DNA of 64,000 nt from assembly GCA_018714805.1 (NCBI GenBank), contig DVMW01000030.1, positions 1,590 through 65,589 on the forward strand, read 5' to 3'. The DNA comes from Candidatus Fimenecus excrementigallinarum. GTDB taxonomy: Bacteria > Bacillota > Clostridia > Oscillospirales > Acutalibacteraceae. Shown here piece after piece: positions 56,270 through 64,000 of this stretch. Below the pieces are notes generated by a model. It was given only the letters and a program-made list of their open reading frames with translations. It was not told the origin of the DNA and did not search any database. Every line of letters starts with the position of its first letter. Within the stretch, counting starts at the first letter, position 1. The translations under genes were made by a program, and so were the position numbers.

Positions 56270-56527
56270 ATGCCGAACATCAAGTCCGCGAAAAAGCGCG
56301 TGATTGTGAACAACAAGCGCGCCCAGCGCAACAAGTCCATGAACTCTGCGCTCAAGACCGCCATCAAAAAGGCGAATGTCGCAATCGAGGCCGGCGCCGC
56401 CGACAAAGAGGCGCTCGTGACCGCCGCCGTTAAAAAGATTGACCAGGCGACCGCGAAGGGGCTTCTGCACAAGAACAACGCCGCCCGCAAAAAGTCCGCC
56501 CTCGTTACGAAGCTCAACAAAGCGTAA
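56270..56527 (+). CDS. rpsT: 30S ribosomal protein S20
   Basis: ORF track, 85 aa. [12 protein letters not shown]-terminus. Confidence 0.95.
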   Translation: MPNIKSAKKRVIVNNKRAQRNKSMNSALKTAIKKANVAIEAGAADKEALVTAAVKKIDQATAKGLLHKNNAARKKSALVTKLNKA

Positions 56528-56550
56528 CGAAGCACATTTGCAGGATAAAT

Positions 56551-56587
56551 GCCGCAGACCGCAAGGTCCGCGGCGTTTCGCGTTTTT
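56551..56587 (+). terminator. rpsT terminator
   Basis: GCCGCAGACC, GCAA loop, GGTCCGCGGC (one mismatch), followed by a T-rich tail. Confidence 0.5.
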
Positions 56588-56604
56588 ACGGGAAAAGCGC
56601 AAAA

Positions 56605-56638
56605 GAAAAACGCGGGGAGCAGCGGCTCTCCGCGTTTT
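56605..56638. terminator. bidirectional terminator (proC side)
   Basis: A-run, ACGCGGGGAGC, AGCG loop, GCTCTCCGCGT, TTTT. Confidence 0.7.
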
Positions 56639-56648
56639 GCCTTTGTTT

Positions 56649-57446
56649 TCAGATGCGGCTGTCCTTTTCGAGCGCCGCGTCCACCGCGCGCGCCACGGCG
56701 GCGTCGAACGCGTCCGCCTGCAAAGAGGTGACGCCCTCAATGGTCGTCCCGCCGGGCGAACAGACGCGGTCAATAAGCTCCCAGGGGTGCGCGCCGCTTT
56801 CCAAAATCTGCTTTGCGCTGCCCAAAACGGTCTGCGCCGCAATGTGCAGGGCGTCCGCCTTCGGCATCCCGTGCTTGACGCCCGCGCGCGCCAGGGCATC
56901 GATGAACTGGAAGCTGAACGCCGGCGCGCAGCCCGCCAGAACGCCGAACAGCGGGAACGCGCTTTCCGACAGCGCCATGACCTCGCCGAACGCGCCGCAC
57001 ATGGCTTCCACCAGCGCCCTGTGCTCGTCCGTGACCCGGCCGCTGCAGCAGTACGCGCTCATCGCTTCGCCCACCGTCGCGTTGAGGTTCGGCATGACGC
57101 GCACAACCGGCGCGTCGTAGCCCAAAAGGTCCTCGATGTACGCAATCGTCTTGCCCGCCGCGATGGAAACCATCAGCGGGTCGCGCTGCCTTGCGGCGGC
57201 GCCAAGCTGCGGCAGAAGCGCAGGGAACACATTCGGCTTTACGGCGAGCACCACGGCGTCGCAGGCCGCAAGCAGCGCCTCGGCGCTGTCGGCAGCCTGT
57301 ATGCCCAGCTCGCCTGCGAGCGCGGCCGTTTTTTCGCCCTGCGTGTCAAAGGCGAAAAGCGTGGCCGGCGCAAATTTGCCGGAACGCACCATGCCGCGCA
57401 GAATGGCGCTTGCCATGTTGCCGGCGCCGATGAATCCAATCTGCAT
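56649..57446 (-). CDS. proC: pyrroline-5-carboxylate reductase
   Basis: ORF track, 265 aa. IGFIGAGNMASAI and SPGGTTIEG motifs. Confidence 0.9.
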   Translation of the reverse strand: MQIGFIGAGNMASAILRGMVRSGKFAPATLFAFDTQGEKTAALAGELGIQAADSAEALLAACDAVVLAVKPNVFPALLPQLGAAARQRDPLMVSIAAGKTIAYIEDLLGYDAPVVRVMPNLNATVGEAMSAYCCSGRVTDEHRALVEAMCGAFGEVMALSESAFPLFGVLAGCAPAFSFQFIDALARAGVKHGMPKADALHIAAQTVLGSAKQILESGAHPWELIDRVCSPGGTTIEGVTSLQADAFDAAVARAVDAALEKDSRI

Positions 57447-57451
57447 GGGAA

Positions 57452-57964
57452 TTAGCCTTCTTTCAATTCAGACGTGCAATGCGGGCAGCGCGTTGCCTCC
57501 ACGGCAATCTCCGAGCGGCAGAAGGGGCAGACCTTGGTCGTCGGGGCCGCGGCGGCCTCCTCCTGCTTTTCGCGCTTGACCTTGCTCGACAGCGCGTTGA
57601 TGCCCTTGATAAACAGGAAAATGACGAACGCCATGATAAGGAAATCCAGCGCGGTGCCCAAAAACGTCCCGAAATTCAGCGTCGCGACGCCCGCCGCCTT
57701 GGCTTCCTCCACCGTGGCGAAGTCGCCCTCGCCGAGCGTCAAAAACCAGTTGTTGAAGTTAATGCCGCCGGTTGCAAGGCTGATAAGCGGCATGACGATG
57801 TCGTTGACCAGCGAGTTGACGATTTTCTGGAACGCGCCGCCGATGATAACGCCGACGGCCAGGTCCATCACGTTGCCGCGCGCGATGAAGGTGCGGAACT
57901 CCCCGAAAAATTTCCCGCCCTTTTTGCCGAGCTTGCGGACCTCGTCCGTTGCTTTCTTTGCCAT
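57452..57964 (-). CDS. mscL: large-conductance mechanosensitive channel MscL with a C-terminal CxxC..CxxC extension
   Basis: Internal ATG 57964 (GGAGG RBS) of ORF 57452-58006 (170 aa). FIARGNVMDLAVGVIIGGAF MscL signature. The tail reads CPFCRSEIAVEATRCPHC. Confidence 0.85.
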   Translation of the reverse strand: MAKKATDEVRKLGKKGGKFFGEFRTFIARGNVMDLAVGVIIGGAFQKIVNSLVNDIVMPLISLATGGINFNNWFLTLGEGDFATVEEAKAAGVATLNFGTFLGTALDFLIMAFVIFLFIKGINALSSKVKREKQEEAAAAPTTKVCPFCRSEIAVEATRCPHCTSELKEG

Positions 57965-58031
57965 GTGAACACCTCCGATAAAGCTCCGATTTGTCTGCTT
58001 TTTCAACAGTATAGCATATTTTAGGAAAAAA

Positions 58032-58910
58032 TCAAACCCCCGTCAGGTCGAACGCCGGGGTAAAGCGGGCGTCGGCGGAATCGCGCGCCTGCATAAAGCC
58101 GTTGTGCAGCCCCAGATTGAAAAATACGCGCAAAACCCGGTCGTATTCCGCCGTGGTCAGCCGGCGGTTGAGCGCCTTATGCGTATAGGTACGGTCGCCC
58201 GGCGTGTACTGGCACATGAGGCTGACATAGGTGTCCTTGGAAAGATTTTCCGCAATCCAGCGCAGAATCTCCGCCGAATCCTTAGTCCCCTGCGGCAGCA
58301 CAAGGTGCCGCACGAGAAGCCCCGAAAGCATCCGTCCGTCGTCGGCAAAGCGGTCGCGCGTCTGCCGGCGCATTTCCAAAAGCGCCGCCTTTGCGCGTTC
58401 GGGATAGTCGGGCGCGGCGGAATACCGGCGCGCGAGCGTCTCCGACATATACTTGAAATCGGGCAGGTAGATGTCCACAAGCCCCGAAAGGCTTTTGAGC
58501 GTCTCCACCGTGTCGTACCCGCCGGTGTTGTAGACGACCGGCACGCGCGGCTTGTAGCGCGTGAGCGCCTCTTGCAGAAACGGCGCGAAATGCGTGGGGT
58601 TCACAAGGTCGATGTTCTGCGCGCCCGCCGCCTCCAGCGCCTTCAGTATCTCGATAAAGCGGTCTATGGTTACGGGCTTCCCGAAATTTTCGTGGCTTAT
58701 GGCGTGGTTCTGGCAAAATACGCACCGCAGCGAGCAGCCCGAAAAAAAGACGGCGCCCGCCCCGCCGTGCGCGCTTAAGGGCGGCTCCTCCCAATGGTGC
58801 AGCGCCGCGCGCGCCAAAACGGCGTTGTACGGCATTTTGCAAAAGCCCGCCGAGGGCGTGTTTTCCGTCCGCTCGGCGCCGCATTGCCGCGGACAGGCGT
58901 AACAGCGCAT
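58032..58910 (-). CDS. radical SAM protein (activase-like, PflX-type)
   Basis: Internal ATG 58910 of ORF 58032-58940 (292 aa). N-terminal CYACPRQC and FFSGCSLRCVFCQN cluster. Confidence 0.7.
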   Translation of the reverse strand: MRCYACPRQCGAERTENTPSAGFCKMPYNAVLARAALHHWEEPPLSAHGGAGAVFFSGCSLRCVFCQNHAISHENFGKPVTIDRFIEILKALEAAGAQNIDLVNPTHFAPFLQEALTRYKPRVPVVYNTGGYDTVETLKSLSGLVDIYLPDFKYMSETLARRYSAAPDYPERAKAALLEMRRQTRDRFADDGRMLSGLLVRHLVLPQGTKDSAEILRWIAENLSKDTYVSLMCQYTPGDRTYTHKALNRRLTTAEYDRVLRVFFNLGLHNGFMQARDSADARFTPAFDLTGV

Positions 58911-59177
58911 ACGCCGCACTCCTTTCCCATGTAAAGCCAAAAGCCCTTACACAACATTCGGCCCGGCAAGCCGGACTCCCGCCGGGCAGGAACCAGTATA
59001 ATGCGAAGGCGGCGCTTTGTCAATCCGGCGAAACCGCCGTTTCCCGCTTGCGAAGCGGCAGGGGACATGGTACAATACAAGCGGAAGGCGGAAAAAAGGA
59101 GCGCTTCCATACAAAACGGACGGCAGGACTTTAAACCCCTTGGCCCGGCAGCTTAGCGTAAAATGTAAGGAGTTCCC

Positions 59178-60017
59178 ATGCAAATCCCCCATATCGCGTC
59201 GGAATGGCGCACGCTTTTCCACCCGCGGCGGTTTGGCCGCTACGTCAACGACCACACGCTGTACTTTGACGGCAAATGGCACCTCATCGGCATCACGAGC
59301 CGTGCCGGCAAGCCGAACAAGGAGCGCTATTTTGTTCACGCCGTGGGCGACAGCCTGCAGCGCCCCATGCGCGAATGGTGCAAGGTTATCGATACCGGCA
59401 CGCTCGCGTGGGCGCCGTGCGTCATAGAGCACGGCGGGCTGTACTATATGTTTTACGGCCCCTCGCCGACTAAGCTCGCCGTTTCGTTCGATTCGGGCGA
59501 CTGGTTCGGGCAGGAGGTGTTCCTGCGGGGCAACCCGCCCATGGCCTGCCACCGTGACCATTTCGTGCTGCGGCGGCCGGGCGGGGGCTTCGTCATGTAT
59601 GTGTCGGGCGTGCACGCGGGCAAAAGCGCGATTTCCTGCCTTGTGTCCGACGACCTTCTCCACTGGGATTTCCACGGCTTTGCGCTGACCAGCGGGGAGG
59701 CCGCGCCGCTCAACCCCTCCTGGGGCGCGTTTGAATCCCCGTTTGTCGTGGAAAAGGACGGCGTGTTCTATCTGTTCACGACGTATACGGACTGCTCGAA
59801 GCCGACCTACCACGACACGCTGGTTTTTGCAGGCGGCGACCCGCTTTCCTTCGGCTGCTACGGCGCGCCGGGCGGAGCGCAGCCCGTGACGCGCCTGCGC
59901 TGCCACGCGCCCGAGGTCGTGCGGGAAAACGGGAACTGGTACATCACCACCTGCGGCTGGCGCGGCTCGTCTTTCGCAAAGGGCGAGGTGCAAATCGCCG
60001 CGCTGGACTGGAAATAA
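59178..60017 (+). CDS. five-bladed beta-propeller glycoside hydrolase-like protein (GH32/GH43 clan)
   Basis: ORF track, 279 aa. VNDHTLYFDGKWHL (compare GH32 NDPNG..Y.G.YHL), HRDHF (RDP-like), FESPFV (EC/ESP-like). No beta-sandwich domain. Confidence 0.45.
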   Translation: MQIPHIASEWRTLFHPRRFGRYVNDHTLYFDGKWHLIGITSRAGKPNKERYFVHAVGDSLQRPMREWCKVIDTGTLAWAPCVIEHGGLYYMFYGPSPTKLAVSFDSGDWFGQEVFLRGNPPMACHRDHFVLRRPGGGFVMYVSGVHAGKSAISCLVSDDLLHWDFHGFALTSGEAAPLNPSWGAFESPFVVEKDGVFYLFTTYTDCSKPTYHDTLVFAGGDPLSFGCYGAPGGAQPVTRLRCHAPEVVRENGNWYITTCGWRGSSFAKGEVQIAALDWK

Positions 60018-60031
60018 CCCGCAACGATAAA

Positions 60032-60076
60032 AATAGGCTATGCGTAGACGATGAGTAGTACGCGTAGCCTATTTTT
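60032..60076 (+). terminator. rho-independent terminator
   Basis: 15-bp stem AATAGGCTATGCGTA pairs with TACGCGTAGCCTATT (one G-T pair). 12-nt loop and a T5 run. Confidence 0.8.
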
Positions 60077-60126
60077 CATATGGATTTTCGGTATCCTAAT
60101 GGCAGAAAAGCTTCGGAGGTGCTGCC

Positions 60127-60369
60127 ATGGATACCGTTACCGCCGTGCGGGACCGCATTTTGGAATTGTGCGGCGAACACAATATCACCATCAACAAGTT
60201 AGCTGACCTTGCCGGCCTGCCGCCTTCGTCCGTCAAAAATATTCTGTATGGCAAAAGCCGGAATCCGAAGATTTTGACCATCAAAATTCTTTGCGACGGC
60301 TTAAACATCACACTCGGGGAATTTTTCTCGACGCCCGCCTTTGACGCGCTCGAGCAGGAGATGCAATAA
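60127..60369 (+). CDS. small XRE-family HTH protein (paralogue 1)
   Basis: ORF track, 80 aa. ITINKLADLAGLPPSSVKNIL HTH. GGAGG RBS. Confidence 0.75.
   Translation: MDTVTAVRDRILELCGEHNITINKLADLAGLPPSSVKNILYGKSRNPKILTIKILCDGLNITLGEFFSTPAFDALEQEMQ
60292..60362 (+). repeat. 71-nt direct repeat, copy 1 (3' end of paralogue 1)
   Basis: Identical to 60607-60677 except A60303 versus G60618. Period 315 nt. Confidence 0.95.
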
Positions 60370-60382
60370 TAAAGCAAACATA

Positions 60383-60404
60383 CGCACGCGCGTATACGCG
60401 TGCG
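60383..60404 (+). other. GC-rich hairpin/palindrome between the XRE paralogues
   Basis: CGCACGCG (60383-90), CGTATA loop, CGCGTGCG (60397-404). No T-run follows. Confidence 0.6.
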
Positions 60405-60441
60405 CGCAGAATCCGCTACACTCATGCTGAGGTGAATCGGA

Positions 60442-60684
60442 ATGGGTGTAAAGGATGCGGTTGCCGACCGCGTGCGCGAGCTCTGCGCACAGCGCGGCAT
60501 GGCTTACAATGCGCTGGCGGTGCAGGCGGGCGTAACGCCGTCTACCGTATACAGTCTGCTGGATGAAACCCGACGCGACGTATCGGTCGTTACGGTCAAA
60601 AAGCTCTGCGACGGCTTGAACATCACACTCGGGGAATTTTTCTCGACGCCCGCCTTTGACGCGCTCGAGCAGGAGATTCGTTGA
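60442..60684 (+). CDS. small XRE-family HTH protein (paralogue 2)
   Basis: ORF track, 80 aa. MAYNALAVQAGVTPSTVYSLL HTH. The last 24 of residues 55-78 are identical to paralogue 1. Confidence 0.75.
   Translation: MGVKDAVADRVRELCAQRGMAYNALAVQAGVTPSTVYSLLDETRRDVSVVTVKKLCDGLNITLGEFFSTPAFDALEQEIR
60607..60677 (+). repeat. 71-nt direct repeat, copy 2 (3' end of paralogue 2)
   Basis: See copy 1. 70/71 nt are identical. Confidence 0.95.
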
Positions 60685-61418
60685 CCGCGCAGCTTTGGGA
60701 CCGGCTCCTGTGCGCGTTTTTCCCGCGCCGGTGCCGGTACTGCGGCGCGCTTATCGTGCCCGAACGCACCGTCTGCGAGACGTGCGAAACGGCCTTGCCG
60801 CGCATCGCGCCGCCCGCCTGCCCGGACTGCGGCCACGCAAAGGCCGACTGCGTCTGCAAGCACAAAAAGCAGAAATTCGACGCGGTCTGCGCGCCGTTTT
60901 ACTACACGGACGTTATCCGCCGCGCGGTGCACCGCTTCAAGTTCGAGGGGCGCACCTACCTTGCCGAAAGCTACGGCGCGGACGTTGCGAACGCCGTCCG
61001 GCTGCACTTTGCCGGGCGTTCGTTTGACGCGGTCGCCTTTGTCCCGTTTACAAAGCGCCAGCGGCGAAAACGCGCGTACAATCCCGGCGAGCTGCTTGCC
61101 GGCGCGGCCGCAAAGGCGCTGGGCGTGCCCTGCCTGCCGCTGCTCGAAAAGCTGTACGAGACCGAGACCCAGCACGCGCTGCCCGCCTCCCGGCGGACGG
61201 GCAACGTTTTCGGCGTTTACGAGGTCGCGCCGGACGCCGACGTAAAAAACAAGCGCATTTTGCTTGTCGACGACATCAAAACCACCGGCGCGACGCTGTC
61301 GGAGTGCGCCAAGGTGCTCAAGCTCGCGGGCGCTTCGTCCGTACACGCCGCCGTATTCGCGATTGCCCGCCGCAGAAAGCCCGGGGCGCAAACGCCGGAG
61401 AACGCCTCCGGCGCTTGA
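60681..61418 (+). CDS. comFC: ComF-family protein (ComFC-like phosphoribosyltransferase with an N-terminal zinc finger)
   Basis: ORF track, 245 aa. The TTG start overlaps the stop of paralogue 2. CRYCG..CETC..CPDCG Cys pairs and the PRTase loop ILLVDDIKTTGATL. Confidence 0.8.
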   Translation: MTAQLWDRLLCAFFPRRCRYCGALIVPERTVCETCETALPRIAPPACPDCGHAKADCVCKHKKQKFDAVCAPFYYTDVIRRAVHRFKFEGRTYLAESYGADVANAVRLHFAGRSFDAVAFVPFTKRQRRKRAYNPGELLAGAAAKALGVPCLPLLEKLYETETQHALPASRRTGNVFGVYEVAPDADVKNKRILLVDDIKTTGATLSECAKVLKLAGASSVHAAVFAIARRRKPGAQTPENASGA

Positions 61419-61443
61419 CAAATCTGCCGGATGCTGGTATCCT
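61415..61443 (+). promoter_or_regulatory. candidate valS promoter
   Basis: TTGACA 61415-20 (overlaps the comFC stop), 17-nt spacer, TATCCT 61438-43. Confidence 0.45.
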
Positions 61444-61445
61444 AA

Positions 61446-61693
61446 TTGCAATATAAGAAACGCCATGACGAAGAATCAGGCGGACAAACCCCGCAAAGAG
61501 AGCTGCCGGCCGGTGCAAGGCAGAGGGGGACCCGCCCGCGTCGCTTCCGAGCGGTCCCGCCGAACGGCATAAGCCCTCAAGCGGGAACGGCCCCCGCCGT
61601 TACCGGGCAATGAGCGGCCGCAAAAGCGGCAAAGTGAGTGGTACCGCGGAATTTTCGCCTCACACGGGACATCCCCGTGCGGGGCGTTTTTTG
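61446..61693 (+). promoter_or_regulatory. T-box leader (tRNA-sensing transcription attenuator) of valS
   Basis: Stem I motifs occur in the right order: ATGACGAAG (K-turn-like), AGAGAG 61497-502, GGTGCAA 61512-18. T-box core AGTGAGTGGTACCGCGG at 61633-49 includes the UGGU bulge. Terminator 61657-85 plus a T6 run at 61687-92. Confidence 0.8.
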
Positions 61694-61712
61694 ATAGGGA
61701 AAAGGAGTCGTT

Positions 61713-64000
<2,288 letters not shown>

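Noticed and set aside
60292-60677. I checked whether the direct repeats (71-nt pair) and the 12-nt tandem repeats at 29723-29770 and 30485-30544 could form a CRISPR array.
   Set aside because: The 71-nt pair has only two copies and lies inside coding sequence. The 12-nt units are contiguous, with no spacers, and encode Thr/Pro linkers. No cas genes are present.

Overview
This is a 64-kb chromosomal window from a high-G+C bacterium (hand-counted sample lines are about 60-65% G+C). It looks like a spore-forming anaerobic Firmicute, because it carries spoIIP, gpr and a HydABC-type [FeFe]-hydrogenase. An Oscillospiraceae-like origin is only my guess.

I can support about 62 protein-coding genes, one T-box leader, two gene fragments, and a set of promoters and terminators. 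I see no rRNA, tRNA, CRISPR array, intact transposase or integrase, and no recognisable anti-phage system.

Layout:
(1) 0.3-15.4 kb: a 13-gene legionaminic-acid-type nonulosonic acid (NulO) biosynthesis and Wzx/Wzy glycan assembly locus.
(2) 15.4-18.3 kb: an sdhCAB-like succinate dehydrogenase/fumarate reductase operon.
(3) 18.9-20.2 kb: a decayed mobilisable-element scar. It holds a 16-codon LMW-phosphatase fragment, an AT-rich SdpI-like cassette and a truncated MOBQ relaxase.
(4) 20-35.6 kb: mixed transport, redox and envelope genes.
(5) 35.6-40.6 kb: the hydrogenase operon.
(6) 40.7-44.2 kb: a PdxR/PdxK/ECF-S vitamin B6 salvage module.
(7) 44.9-58.9 kb: a housekeeping and sporulation block (obg, mrnC, lepA, hemW, spoIIP, gpr, rpsT, proC, mscL).
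(8) 59-64 kb: a GH32-like hydrolase, two tandem XRE paralogues, comFC and T-box-controlled valS. valS runs off the window and is missing from the supplied ORF track.

Most long ORFs in the track that lie antisense to these genes are high-G+C artefacts.

The best candidates for novelty, none of them proven, are:
- a single polypeptide that fuses a Wzy/O-antigen-ligase-like membrane domain to a sialyltransferase-motif (EDG, HPRQ) domain inside the NulO locus;
- the XRE paralogue pair, which shares a 70/71-nt identical 3' tract and is translationally coupled to comFC;
- the mobile-element scar.

All functional calls rest on motif recognition and memory of protein families. No database search was possible.
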